Source of the DNA: a virus
Strand: one strand, 5' to 3'
Length of the DNA stretch: 64,000 nt
Virus record (IMG/VR): IMGVR_UViG_3300031951_000028
Below the pieces are notes generated by a model. It was given only the letters and a program-made list of their open reading frames with translations, was not told where the DNA came from and ran no database searches. Positions 26,269 to 36,276 of this stretch are shown piece by piece (positions within the stretch are counted from its first letter, which is position 1; the number at the start of each line of letters is the position of its first letter). The position numbers and the translations under genes were made by a program.

Positions 26269-27872
26269 TGGAAAAGAGAATATTATTATTAAATGAAGCC
26301 TCAATGTTTAATAGCGGGCTTGGTAAATATGGGAAGAATCTTTTATTTAAATTAAAAGAAAGAGGATATAAAGTCGCAGAGCTGGGTTTCGGCGCAGGTG
26401 TCAACCCTCCTAATGACCAAGATATTCCTTGGCGCACCTATTATAATGAGGTGCTAGATTCCGACCCAAGAAAGCAAGTTTATAATCAAGATCCAGATAA
26501 TAGATTTGGTAAGTGGAGATTCGAAAAAACTCTACTTGATTTTAAACCACATTATGTTTTATCTATTTTAGACCCATGGAATACAATGTTTATTCCTAAG
26601 TCGCCTATGAGAAAGTATTTTAACTACATTTTTATGCCTACATTTGACTCCTTTCCAGTGAAAGAAGAGTGGATGTCTAGCATAGCCGATGCTGATAGAG
26701 TGCTTACTTATAGTGATTGGGCCGCTAAAAAGTGTCCGATACCTATATTTGGAACACCTAAATACGGCGTGAATGGATTAGAATTTTTCCCTGTGCAGAA
26801 TAAGAAAATGCACAAGTCAAGATTTGGAATAAATTCCAATAAAACTATAATTGGAAGCATTATGAAAAATCAACCTAGAAAAAAGATAGCTGATTTATTT
26901 AGAATGTATAAAATGATTCTAGATAAAAATCCTAATACTATGTTGTATTTACACGCGGAGTGGCCAGGTAAAAATCCTTGGAATATACCAAAGTTATTAC
27001 TAGAGTATGAAATACAAAATCATGTATTATTAACATACTACTGTATTTCATGTGAAAAGTTTTATCCATCAGTATACCAAGGTGATTGCGCTCCATGCCA
27101 ACATTGCTATAGAAATGCCGCTTATATAAAAAGCTCAGCATATTCTATATCTGACACTAGTTTTAATGATATATATAATCTTTTTGATTTATATGTACAA
27201 TATTCTAATTCAGAAGGCGCGGGCATGCCAGTCGCGGAAGCTGCTTATTGTGGTTTGCCAACATTTGTTGTAGACTATACTGCAATGGAAGATTATAAAA
27301 ATACTATAAGTTCTATTCCTTTACCAATATTAGATGATAGTTGGGATATGCAGATAGATGCTTATAGAGCTTTAGTTGATAATAAAAAATCTGCGGAAAT
27401 TATTTTAGATTATATTGATAAAGGTAGCGATGTTCTTCAAGCTTGTGGAGATAGATCTAGAGCACAAGCTTTAGAAATATATAATTGGGATAGAGTTGCT
27501 GATGAATGGGAAAAGGCTATAGAGTCTATACCATTAAATGATAAATGGAATAATAAAATTGATTATATAACAACTAAACTAGCAGATAATAGTTCTCCAA
27601 CTGATATAGCTTTTTTTATAAAGAGAATTATGAAAATTAATGACCCAGTATCTTTATTAGGAATTCATGAGTCAGTTATTAATAAAGAAGTTGTTAATAA
27701 ATATATGGTTAAAAATGATCCACAAAGAGTTGTTAAAGATTTAAATAATTGGATCGATTATTATAACAAATGTGAAAATATAAGAACTGGGCTAGAAACT
27801 CAAATTGAAGAAGATTTTATAGAATATGCGCACGTAAAGGAAAAAGTCCATGAAGATAACAATATCTCTTGA
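26268..27872 (+). CDS. Glycosyltransferase, GT-B (GT4-like) with Cys-rich insert
   Basis: KNQPRKK, SEGAGMPVAEAAYCG; CISC...CQHC insert. Confidence 0.85.
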   Translation: MEKRILLLNEASMFNSGLGKYGKNLLFKLKERGYKVAELGFGAGVNPPNDQDIPWRTYYNEVLDSDPRKQVYNQDPDNRFGKWRFEKTLLDFKPHYVLSILDPWNTMFIPKSPMRKYFNYIFMPTFDSFPVKEEWMSSIADADRVLTYSDWAAKKCPIPIFGTPKYGVNGLEFFPVQNKKMHKSRFGINSNKTIIGSIMKNQPRKKIADLFRMYKMILDKNPNTMLYLHAEWPGKNPWNIPKLLLEYEIQNHVLLTYYCISCEKFYPSVYQGDCAPCQHCYRNAAYIKSSAYSISDTSFNDIYNLFDLYVQYSNSEGAGMPVAEAAYCGLPTFVVDYTAMEDYKNTISSIPLPILDDSWDMQIDAYRALVDNKKSAEIILDYIDKGSDVLQACGDRSRAQALEIYNWDRVADEWEKAIESIPLNDKWNNKIDYITTKLADNSSPTDIAFFIKRIMKINDPVSLLGIHESVINKEVVNKYMVKNDPQRVVKDLNNWIDYYNKCENIRTGLETQIEEDFIEYAHVKEKVHEDNNIS

Positions 27873-28254
27873 AAATGATTATAAGGGTGATCCTACTGAA
27901 ATTTTTGAAAAGATAAAAAGGAAAGCGAAAAAAATTACAGAAGTTTATTTATTAGGTTTTAGCCAAAGTGATAAGCAAATAGAGCGTTTTGCAAAAACAA
28001 AAAAGATAAATGTTACTACTAAACTCCCTAATTGGGACGATGTAGATATTAAGGGTGCTTCTGTCAAAACTAAAGTTGATAAAGATGGAAAAGAAAAACA
28101 ATACAACGCTAGAGCAGGCTTCCAGCGCAACGAGGAAGTTATTGCTAATACAGATATCCTCGTATGGCAAGGTGCTCCGAAAGATTATAGAGCAGATATA
28201 TTGGAAAAAGCGCGGTTAGCTAATATAGAGATTATTTATTTAGATGAGGTGTAA
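27850..28254 (+). CDS. SLOG/YspA-like protein
   Basis: PNW...YNARAGFQRNEEV...D motif. Confidence 0.5.
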   Translation: MKITISLENDYKGDPTEIFEKIKRKAKKITEVYLLGFSQSDKQIERFAKTKKINVTTKLPNWDDVDIKGASVKTKVDKDGKEKQYNARAGFQRNEEVIANTDILVWQGAPKDYRADILEKARLANIEIIYLDEV

Positions 28255-28255
28255 G

Positions 28256-28879
28256 ATGCAAGAAGAAGTAATGGTTGTAAGTAGAGAAATATTTGATGAT
28301 GCTGGCGCTTTTCAAGGCTTCTCGTCAGACCTAGAAAAAATAGGTCAGATTTTAGATTCTAAGAATATTTCTTTTATGCCTAGAGATGAAATGGAAAAAG
28401 ACCCTTCTTATAAACAAATAATTCCTTATTGCGTGTTTGGAGTTTTTAAAGAAGGGATCCCATACTTATTCTCTTATACTAGAGGCTCAAAAGGTGGAGA
28501 AAATAGGCTACATGCTAAAAAGAGTATAGGTGTAGGAGGTCATATTAATCCTATTGATTCTAACCATATAGGAGATAAGCCATCTGATATTTATGTTAAT
28601 GGAATGATGCGCGAGCTTCAAGAAGAGGTTGGTTTATACTCAGGTTTTGCGCGCAAGACTATTGGGTTAGTAAATGATGATGAGGATGACGTCGGAAAAG
28701 TCCATTTGGGCGTAGTAGAGATGTTTGAGTTGGAAAACCTATTTTTAGCCATAAAAGACGAAGCGCTAGAAAGTGGTAATTTTATCCCATTAGAAGAAAT
28801 TTTACAGGATAAAGATAGTTATGAAAATTGGTCAAAACTGGTTTTGGAGTATATAGATGGCTACATTAATAATAAGTGA
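28256..28879 (+). CDS. NUDIX-family phosphoesterase (YmaB-like)
   Basis: EKDPSYKQIIPY, SIGVGGHIN, RELQEEVG, VGKVHLG, ENWS. Confidence 0.88.
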   Translation: MQEEVMVVSREIFDDAGAFQGFSSDLEKIGQILDSKNISFMPRDEMEKDPSYKQIIPYCVFGVFKEGIPYLFSYTRGSKGGENRLHAKKSIGVGGHINPIDSNHIGDKPSDIYVNGMMRELQEEVGLYSGFARKTIGLVNDDEDDVGKVHLGVVEMFELENLFLAIKDEALESGNFIPLEEILQDKDSYENWSKLVLEYIDGYINNK

Positions 28880-29609
28880 GCAAGACAGTAGCCTTAATGC
28901 GTTAATAGAGGCCCTTAGCGCTTCATTAGACGCGACTTCGTGTACGATTTATACTGGAAGACCAGTAGATAAGAATTATGTCGGCACAAGCCAAATATAC
29001 GAAAATTATGACTCTACCATCCAAATCTTACCTCCAGAGGAAATGTATCAATTTCCTGGCAAAAAGAATATAGCTCTGGTAAAGTCAAAGCTCGCAAATG
29101 ACGATAAGCACTTTCTTAAAAAGTTTGACTTGGTATTACCAATAGAAAGACCTTTAGATTCGGCCATTTATACAAAAACTGAGCAGTTATTCAATCACAA
29201 AAATGAACGTCTAAGATTATATTATGAGGAAGATGATAATGCTTATGAAGTATTAAAAGCTTATTATTCTGAATTTGTTAGGGATGAAAGTGTAATATTG
29301 TATTATATTGGTGATAATTATGATGATCATGGTAAGTATGTAAAGAAAATCTTAGATAAAGATAATTATCCACATACTATGGTATTTAATAATGCTTTGT
29401 ATCATAATAAAGTATCAATCTTGCAAAATGCAAATGCTACGCTTACTGAAAACGAGGAAGCTATTTTTTATAGCAAGCCATATATTTGGTATAATCAAAT
29501 GCGCAATGCATGGCTTTCATTAAAAGATTTTGAAAATAATAGAGAGTTTGTTAAAAACCCAGATTGTAATGAAATGATTAAGAGGATTAAATGCGCATTA
29601 GAAACGTAG
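28857..29609 (+). CDS. Hypothetical protein (possibly a degenerate GT-B)
   Basis: VLKAYYSEF...V.L resembles a phage GT-B C-domain; weak. Confidence 0.5.
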   Translation: MATLIISEQDSSLNALIEALSASLDATSCTIYTGRPVDKNYVGTSQIYENYDSTIQILPPEEMYQFPGKKNIALVKSKLANDDKHFLKKFDLVLPIERPLDSAIYTKTEQLFNHKNERLRLYYEEDDNAYEVLKAYYSEFVRDESVILYYIGDNYDDHGKYVKKILDKDNYPHTMVFNNALYHNKVSILQNANATLTENEEAIFYSKPYIWYNQMRNAWLSLKDFENNREFVKNPDCNEMIKRIKCALET

Positions 29610-30058
29610 CAAATAAGTTTCTCTATCCTCATAGGATGCCAGCAGTTATAGTTGATATCCATGAAGATAATGAGTTAATGAAAACTTTTCTAGAAGTAGC
29701 TAAAAAGAGAGATTTTTTTATATATTCTTTAGAAGAAAGCAAGATTTTAAAAAAATATAACCCCGAAACTCCGTATGATGGGTGTATAATTAATAATAGG
29801 TACAGGTACAGGAACGCAAATAAGATATCTGAATTTCTTAATATACCAATCTTTCTTCTCCAAAAAGACGAGCTGCCCGATAAAAAGGAACATGGGTATT
29901 TAATGAATAAGCAGCAGCATTTTGATGCTTCTTTCTTTTTATCTGAAAAGACCGCAAAGTCTTGGTATAGCGTTCCGACTGAAATTGTAAATTTTTACGA
30001 TTCTGATGAACTTAATAGGATTATAGACATTGTCAAACAACAAAAATATAGTAGGTGA
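29591..30058 (+). CDS. Hypothetical protein
   Basis: Packed ORF. Confidence 0.65.
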   Translation: MRIRNVANKFLYPHRMPAVIVDIHEDNELMKTFLEVAKKRDFFIYSLEESKILKKYNPETPYDGCIINNRYRYRNANKISEFLNIPIFLLQKDELPDKKEHGYLMNKQQHFDASFFLSEKTAKSWYSVPTEIVNFYDSDELNRIIDIVKQQKYSR

Positions 30059-30764
30059 AAAATTCACTTCTTGTAAAGATTGTAAATTTGCTACTTGGGA
30101 TGGAAACACTCAAGTCGGTTGTGAACAAGGGGTAATGGATAAGTATAAAAATATTATTGCTGCCTATGATGAAGAAAAAGAATTTAATATTATTAATAAT
30201 GATGTATGCTTATTAAAACGCGCGACTAATTCAAAATGCTCGTTAGAACAAGCCAGAAAAGAAATAAGTATAAGATATAATTCTATTATTTTATACAAAG
30301 AAAAAACTACTAAGAAACAGTTAGAAAAAACTATAAAAGCTTTACAAGCACAGTCAATACAACCATCTTTAATATGTATTATTATACCTTTTGGTCTTGA
30401 AGTAGATATAGAAAATATCGCTACTTTATTTAAAAAATTAGAAATTAAAAATTGGAAAGTTGAATATCAATTAAATGAAGATTCGACAGAAAATTATATT
30501 GATCGATTTATAGAAACTACAACTGAAAAGCAGCCTTGGTATTTATTAATCAACTCAGACTATCTTTTACCAAAAGATTATTTAGAACAGATTAATAAAA
30601 GATATACTCTAGAATTAGAACAATTTGGTTTAATAAAACCAGTAGATGAAGAGCGTAATGGATTGTTAGTAAAGACTATTTTCCATGCTTATCTTGGCGG
30701 CTCTAGACAAAAATTAATTGAAAATAAATTTAACAATACGTTTGCATATTATGAAAAAAAGTGA
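30030..30764 (+). CDS. Hypothetical protein: N-terminal Cys cluster plus GT-A-like segment
   Basis: CKDCKFA...QVGC...C; L.KTI.AL..Q...P resembles a GT2 N-terminus. Confidence 0.55.
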   Translation: MSNNKNIVGEKFTSCKDCKFATWDGNTQVGCEQGVMDKYKNIIAAYDEEKEFNIINNDVCLLKRATNSKCSLEQARKEISIRYNSIILYKEKTTKKQLEKTIKALQAQSIQPSLICIIIPFGLEVDIENIATLFKKLEIKNWKVEYQLNEDSTENYIDRFIETTTEKQPWYLLINSDYLLPKDYLEQINKRYTLELEQFGLIKPVDEERNGLLVKTIFHAYLGGSRQKLIENKFNNTFAYYEKK

Positions 30765-31407
30765 TGTTATAATTTTGGCGGCTTCGCCATCAAGTTATAA
30801 TATATACACTCCTCTTATGAAAGTTAAGAGGAAAACATTGATTCACAACTTAGTTAAAAAAATAAGTAACAATCCAAATGTAAATAAGATAATAGTGGTT
30901 GGCGGTCATAATTTTGAGGAATTAAAAAGAGCTTTGTCAGACGTAGATGTACATTTTGTATATAATAAAAATTATAGCAATGGTATTTGTTCATCTATTA
31001 AAGCTGGAGTCGCGAGTGTCGAGTCAGATTCATTAATGGTTATGCATGGAGATTTGTGGTTCAAAAATTTACAAATTAGTAAGATTTTAAAGAATCAAAA
31101 ATCCTTAATTGTAGCAACTGAATGTAGACATATGAAAGCGAAGGAAATAGGAATTAGAGATTATAATGGGCAGCTACTTTATTTTGGTTGGCGCCAAAAA
31201 TTAAAATGGGGAAAAATTTTCTATATTCACCAAGATTTTCGTCAAATTTTTGAGAATGTTTTGTATAATAATAGTACAGGGAATTGGTTCTCGTTTGAAA
31301 TTTTGGGCTATATGTTAAAAGCGGGCTGTAGCTTTGAAATTTTAAACCATAAGAATAGCTTGTTTGATATAGACTGCTATCAAGACTTAAGGAAGATAAT
31401 TTTATGA
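30751..31407 (+). CDS. Sugar-phosphate/NTP nucleotidyltransferase family (MobA/LicC-like)
   Basis: VIILAA, IIVVGG, N.NY..G..SSI..G, HGD, DID. Confidence 0.75.
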   Translation: MKKSDVIILAASPSSYNIYTPLMKVKRKTLIHNLVKKISNNPNVNKIIVVGGHNFEELKRALSDVDVHFVYNKNYSNGICSSIKAGVASVESDSLMVMHGDLWFKNLQISKILKNQKSLIVATECRHMKAKEIGIRDYNGQLLYFGWRQKLKWGKIFYIHQDFRQIFENVLYNNSTGNWFSFEILGYMLKAGCSFEILNHKNSLFDIDCYQDLRKIIL

Positions 31408-31637
31408 AATATTTTGGTTGTTATGAAGTTAACCCCGATGTGGTAGGTTTTTTATCTACAATTGAAGGCGATAAAACTTTATTTTGTTGCTTGAATAATC
31501 ATCATGGAGTTAATTTGAAAAACGTGGCCATTTTTCCTATGAGAAATGGTTACTACCATGATATAACTTTTTTAGATAAATTGTCATATGAATTGACAGA
31601 AGGTTTTTTAGGTAAAAGACAATGTTTGAAGGTATAA
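31404..31637 (+). CDS. Hypothetical protein
   Basis: Packed ORF. Confidence 0.55.
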   Translation: MKYFGCYEVNPDVVGFLSTIEGDKTLFCCLNNHHGVNLKNVAIFPMRNGYYHDITFLDKLSYELTEGFLGKRQCLKV

Positions 31638-32416
31638 ATTATAATAATATGAACTTGCAAGATCGAGGCAAGTTAATTAAAAAATACCATATAGATGGCG
31701 ATTGGTCGATGAATAGATTGGCTACTGCGCTCGGTATTTATGTTAATAAAATTAAAAGAGATGCTGCTAAGCTTGGATTAAAGACAAATTCTTTATCAGA
31801 AGCTCAAAAGAAAGCTCTATCTACAGGAATTTCTAAACATCCGACTGAGGGAACTAAACGTCCTGCTGAAACTGTCGCTAAAATGTCTAAAAATATTAGA
31901 GAGGCGTTTCTAAAATGGGATGATAAGAAGCGTGCGCAAGATAAGTTAAGAAAATCTGCTAAATTAAAAAAGCAAAAAAATAAGCCATACTTATCTGCAA
32001 AGAAAATTGAAGGTATTCAAAAAGCTGCCAGACAAGGTTCTAAATTAGAGAAGCATATCTTTAGCGAATTAGCTAAGAAATATAATGTTGAATTCCATAA
32101 GGAAGATACTTTAGGACAGACTGAATTCCATATCGACTTATTCTTACCTAAATTTAAAATAGCAATTGAAGTTGATGGTCCAGCTCATTATAAAAATATT
32201 TGGGGCGAAGATAAGTTAGAAAAAAATAAAGAAAAGGATAATAGAAAAACAGGCTATATTTTACAGAAAGGTTATTACTTAATTCGTTTTATTAATGACA
32301 AGAAGTTTTCTATAGCTTATGGTAATAGTGTTGTAGAACTATTGACTAAATATATAGAAAATATCAAGAATAAGAATCAAAAAGAGAAGCAAATTATATG
32401 CCGCCTAGAAAGATGA
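31622..32416 (+). CDS. Putative free-standing homing endonuclease (HTH + NUMOD3-like + DUF559/Vsr-like)
   Basis: GTKRPAETVAKMS; SKLE; IDLFLP...IAIEVDG..H; D..K...GY.LIRF. Confidence 0.7.
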   Translation: MFEGINYNNMNLQDRGKLIKKYHIDGDWSMNRLATALGIYVNKIKRDAAKLGLKTNSLSEAQKKALSTGISKHPTEGTKRPAETVAKMSKNIREAFLKWDDKKRAQDKLRKSAKLKKQKNKPYLSAKKIEGIQKAARQGSKLEKHIFSELAKKYNVEFHKEDTLGQTEFHIDLFLPKFKIAIEVDGPAHYKNIWGEDKLEKNKEKDNRKTGYILQKGYYLIRFINDKKFSIAYGNSVVELLTKYIENIKNKNQKEKQIICRLER

Positions 32417-33096
32417 AACAAGAATTATCTATAGAGCCTATACTGCCAGACGCAAAAATAATTGAGGGCGAATTAGTTGAACCGCCATCTTACATGGACC
32501 CTGAATGGACTGATTATGTTATTAGCCAGTTAGATGAAAGCGAGTTTTGGGAAGGTATTCCTAAACTTGATGGTCTTAGACGATTGGTTGAAAAACTTAT
32601 CAGCCCAATAGTAAGAGTTAATGTAGATATTAAACCAGTGATAGGAAATAGCGTAGCTATCATTGCTACTGCAACTGTTTTATTAAGAAATGGTGATGAA
32701 TTTTCTGCTGCGTCAGACGCTACTCCTAGCTCTTCTCCAGAAGGGTTTAGGAATAGATTAACTGCGCTCGCAGATAGTCGCGCCAAATCAAAAGTTTATA
32801 GAGAAATTCTAAGACTTAGAAATATTAGTACAACTGAGGAAGTCAATCAATCTATTGACACAGATGAGCATGAGCCTATAGTTGGAAGTCAAACAATATT
32901 AATTAACAACTTAATTAAAGATATTTCAAATACTCATAAAAAGAGAATATTTATTGGAAAATTAATTAAAGAGTTGTTCCCTAGCCAAAATGGAGATATA
33001 AATGTATTAAAATACTCTGAGGCAGGAAAGATTATTCAAAAGTTAAGTGATTTTAAAGCAAAAAGACAAGATATCCCAGATTCAGTATTGGAGTAA
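32398..33096 (+). CDS. Putative ssDNA-annealing (Rad52-like) protein
   Basis: GLRRL...beta strands...ALADSRAKSK..R..L pattern; adjacent to SSB. Confidence 0.45.
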   Translation: MPPRKMKQELSIEPILPDAKIIEGELVEPPSYMDPEWTDYVISQLDESEFWEGIPKLDGLRRLVEKLISPIVRVNVDIKPVIGNSVAIIATATVLLRNGDEFSAASDATPSSSPEGFRNRLTALADSRAKSKVYREILRLRNISTTEEVNQSIDTDEHEPIVGSQTILINNLIKDISNTHKKRIFIGKLIKELFPSQNGDINVLKYSEAGKIIQKLSDFKAKRQDIPDSVLE

Positions 33097-33099
33097 AGT

Positions 33100-33501
33100 A
33101 TGATTAAAGTTAATTGTTCAATTCATTGGTGCCATCACAGCAAGCCAGGTTCTATGAGTAATAAGTATGAAGTTACTCTTGGTGGCTTATCAGAAAGCGC
33201 TGTAGCAGCATTGAAGGAAGTAGGTATTGTAGCATTAGACAAGACAGATAAAGGTATGGGCTGGTGCATTGCTCCTAAAAGCAATATCCCATTGCCAGTT
33301 TTTGACGAAGCTGGCGAATCTTTGGAAGGAGCGATTGTTGGTAATGGCAGCCGTGGCGTTGCTATTGTTACCCCATATGAATGGGAATATAAAAATAGGT
33401 CAGGAATTTCTCCTAATCTAGCGCGCCTAATTGTTACTGATTTAATTCAGTACTCAACAGCCGCTGACATCGCATCTAATCCAGATGTTCCAGCTCTATA
33501 A
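33100..33501 (+). CDS. Single-stranded DNA-binding protein (T7 gp2.5-like)
   Basis: KYEV.L..LS, KS..P, VGNGS, Y.W....G.SP.L..L.V.DL..Y. Confidence 0.65.
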   Translation: MIKVNCSIHWCHHSKPGSMSNKYEVTLGGLSESAVAALKEVGIVALDKTDKGMGWCIAPKSNIPLPVFDEAGESLEGAIVGNGSRGVAIVTPYEWEYKNRSGISPNLARLIVTDLIQYSTAADIASNPDVPAL

Positions 33502-33514
33502 TTTAATCCTTGGG

Positions 33515-33542
33515 GGCGCGGGTAACCCCCGCGCCTTTTTTT
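33515..33542 (+). terminator. Rho-independent terminator
   Basis: GGCGCGGG-TAACC-CCCGCGCC followed by T7. Confidence 0.9.
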
Positions 33543-34631
33543 ATGATACCGATTTATACTCCTTGGATTGCAACAAATCAAAAGAAATATGTAAATGAAT
33601 GTCTAGATACTAACTGGATATCTTCTAGAGGTGGGTTTGTTGAGCGATTTGAGGAAGAATTATCAAAATATTTAAATGTTAAACACGTATTGACTGTATC
33701 TAATGGTACAGTATCTTTACAGCTAATATTAGCTGCGCTTGGGATAGGACATGGTGATGAAGTTCTAGTTCCAGAATTAACTTATGCTGCCTGCTTTTCT
33801 GCCATTCATTGGTCTGGCGCAAAAATTGCAACATTGCCTGTCGATGATAATGGGCAATGCATATCTAATTTAGATATTATAAAAAGATATATACAACCAA
33901 ACACTAAAGCTTTATTATTACCACACCTCTATGGTAATTGTGCAGATGTTGAAGCTATTAGAAGTTTTTGTGAGTTAAAAAGAATCTATTTAATAGAAGA
34001 TGCGGCCGAAGCTTTCGGTTGCGCAGTCAATGGACAAAAATTAGGAACTTTTGGTGTCGCTGGGTCTTTTTCTTTTTTCTCTAATAAAGTTATTACAACT
34101 GGAGAAGGCGGGGCGGTAGTCACTAATAATACTAACTTGTATGAAAAAATGAAATTAATGAGGTCTCAAAGCCATGTCAGCAATTTTTATCATCCAATGC
34201 CTGGTTTTAATTTTAGAATGACTAATATACAAGCCGCAATAGGCTGTGCTCAATTAGAAGATATAAATGAAATTGTATTTAGGAAAAAAGCAATAGCTGA
34301 TTTTTATAGACTGTCTTTGGCCGGCCATGTAAAGTATTTTCCTAATAACTGCGAATCGACTGAGTGGATGCCTTTATTTGTTCATGATAGATATTTTTAT
34401 GATACTATAAAAGATAAATTAAACAGTAAAGGTATAGATACACGTCCATGTTTTATGCCTCTTAGATCTATGTGTTCTAGTGATAGTGATATAAAATGGA
34501 ATTGTAATAAGCAATTTTATGAATCTTATTTTATTACTAGTGTATATCGCAAAGCTTTTAATTTACCATGTTATCCTAGTATGAGCAGTCAAGATTTATT
34601 AAAAGTAGTAGAAGAAGTAAGGAATATATAA
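33543..34631 (+). CDS. DegT/DnrJ/EryC1/StrS PLP aminotransferase (perosamine-synthase-like)
   Basis: WISS.G..V..FE, SNGT, GDEV, HLYG, IEDAAEA, SFFSNKVITTGEGG, GFNFRMTNIQAAIG; start moved to the ATG after the terminator. Confidence 0.93.
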   Translation: MIPIYTPWIATNQKKYVNECLDTNWISSRGGFVERFEEELSKYLNVKHVLTVSNGTVSLQLILAALGIGHGDEVLVPELTYAACFSAIHWSGAKIATLPVDDNGQCISNLDIIKRYIQPNTKALLLPHLYGNCADVEAIRSFCELKRIYLIEDAAEAFGCAVNGQKLGTFGVAGSFSFFSNKVITTGEGGAVVTNNTNLYEKMKLMRSQSHVSNFYHPMPGFNFRMTNIQAAIGCAQLEDINEIVFRKKAIADFYRLSLAGHVKYFPNNCESTEWMPLFVHDRYFYDTIKDKLNSKGIDTRPCFMPLRSMCSSDSDIKWNCNKQFYESYFITSVYRKAFNLPCYPSMSSQDLLKVVEEVRNI

Positions 34632-35152
34632 TGTTATTTAATTTAGATAAGTGGCGCCCAAAAATTCAAGAATATATAACAAAACATTTAGTTAATCAAA
34701 AAGATAAAACTATTCTTGATGTTGGGTTTGGAGATTCGACTGGAGTTGCTTTAGGTTTAGGTTTAAATGTCCATGCGATGGATAAAAATACTTTTGGCAA
34801 GGCGCTGCCAGAATGTGTTAAATATATAGAATCTATATTAGATCCAGATATAGATAAAAAAGTGCCTCAGTATGATATTGTTATGGCTTGTGAAATGCTA
34901 GAGCATTGTGAAGATTTAAAACTTGCGTCTCAAAATATTATGAAATTAGTTAAACCAGGAGGTTTTGCTTTAATTACTATGCCTTGTTATTTACCTTGGC
35001 ATCCCGGCGGCGACTATTATGGAGATTATTATAGGGTAATGCCTACTGGTTTAGTCAAATTATTCACTCCTCATAGAGTTATAGAAACTATATACCATTC
35101 AGAGTTAAAAGATATGCCTTATGGTATCGGCGCTATAGTTTATAAGAAATAA
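34631..35152 (+). CDS. Class I SAM-dependent methyltransferase
   Basis: ILDVGFG, YDIV..EMLEH, VKPGG, H...GDYYR. Confidence 0.85.
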   Translation: MLFNLDKWRPKIQEYITKHLVNQKDKTILDVGFGDSTGVALGLGLNVHAMDKNTFGKALPECVKYIESILDPDIDKKVPQYDIVMACEMLEHCEDLKLASQNIMKLVKPGGFALITMPCYLPWHPGGDYYGDYYRVMPTGLVKLFTPHRVIETIYHSELKDMPYGIGAIVYKK

Positions 35153-35155
35153 GCC

Positions 35156-36022
35156 ATGAACATTTTATTATATATATTTGCTGGAAATGGTGATTTAATT
35201 AATACTACTGGAGTTATTAAACAACTTAAATCACAATATCCTAATCTAACAATAGATTTTCTTGTAAAAGGCAGTCAAGCTTATTTACTTAAAAATAATC
35301 TATATATCAGACAAGTTTTATCTTTAGAAGATTATGGTTTAGTTTTTACTGGCAAAGACCCACGATCTCTTGATATAAACGTATTAAATAAATTTAAAGA
35401 TTATAATAAATGTATTAATATGTGGAGCAAAAAACACCATGAGGATTTTCCAATATCTAAAACTATTATCTTAAAAGAACACGGTTTTAATCTTAAATTT
35501 AATAGAGAAGATATTAATGGAATATTATATCCAGACGAAGAAGATCGGAATATTGTCTTTGATTTTATTAATGAAAATTTGGGTTTTTGGCAAGAAAAAG
35601 AAGTTGTGCTGATAGAAGATGACTCTATTAATGGAAGAACATTTAATTTTAAAGATCAGCTGGCGCAAATTAATCATCAAAAAAATATAGCGGCGAAATT
35701 GATTGAAAAAGGATATGCCGTAATCAGCAACAGTATACCTAATACTATTCATTGTAATAATTTATCTCTAGTACAAATAAAACTTTTATTTGAATTAGTA
35801 GGTGATATTTTTCTAGGATTAAGCTCTGGAATGACTACAGTCTTCTTCACAGAAGGTAATTATGACAATAAAATGTTTATTATTGCTGGCAGAAAAGAAT
35901 GGAATTATTGTAAACATATTAAAAGTATGAAAAAACATGCTTTTATTAAAAATTATACTTGGGAGACTTTAAATGCAGACCTTGGGATCTTTAATAGACC
36001 AATTGAGCGTAGTAAATCTTAA
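35156..36022 (+). CDS. GT9-like glycosyltransferase
   Basis: GD...T..I..LK..YP...IDF, L.NN.YI, F.G.SSG. Confidence 0.65.
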   Translation: MNILLYIFAGNGDLINTTGVIKQLKSQYPNLTIDFLVKGSQAYLLKNNLYIRQVLSLEDYGLVFTGKDPRSLDINVLNKFKDYNKCINMWSKKHHEDFPISKTIILKEHGFNLKFNREDINGILYPDEEDRNIVFDFINENLGFWQEKEVVLIEDDSINGRTFNFKDQLAQINHQKNIAAKLIEKGYAVISNSIPNTIHCNNLSLVQIKLLFELVGDIFLGLSSGMTTVFFTEGNYDNKMFIIAGRKEWNYCKHIKSMKKHAFIKNYTWETLNADLGIFNRPIERSKS

Positions 36023-36275
36023 AATGTGGAATGCGCAAGAGTCATTATATGAAGTGAGAAAAATGACTTATGAAGAGTTTGAAAAAGAATTCTTTAATAA
36101 AGAAAATTTTGAAAAGCTTTATAATTATTTTAAGAATGCGTGTGATTTAAATGTTCAGCGAAATGATCTAATTGACGAAATAGATGAGACGTTTGCTGAA
36201 ATCGTTATAAAAGTTGTAGAAAATAAAAAAATAGATACTGATAAGTTAAAAAGAAAGAAACACAAAACATATTAA
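35973..36275 (+). CDS. Small helical protein (DUF4254-like)
   Basis: TLGSLIDQLS...K.W...E; LN.QRNDLIDEID. Confidence 0.6.
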   Translation: MQTLGSLIDQLSVVNLKMWNAQESLYEVRKMTYEEFEKEFFNKENFEKLYNYFKNACDLNVQRNDLIDEIDETFAEIVIKVVENKKIDTDKLKRKKHKTY

Positions 36276-36276
36276 T

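Noticed and set aside
33510-33542. N-terminal extension MGARVTPAPFF of the DegT ORF
   Set aside because: It is the terminator hairpin; ATG 33543 gives the typical MIP start.
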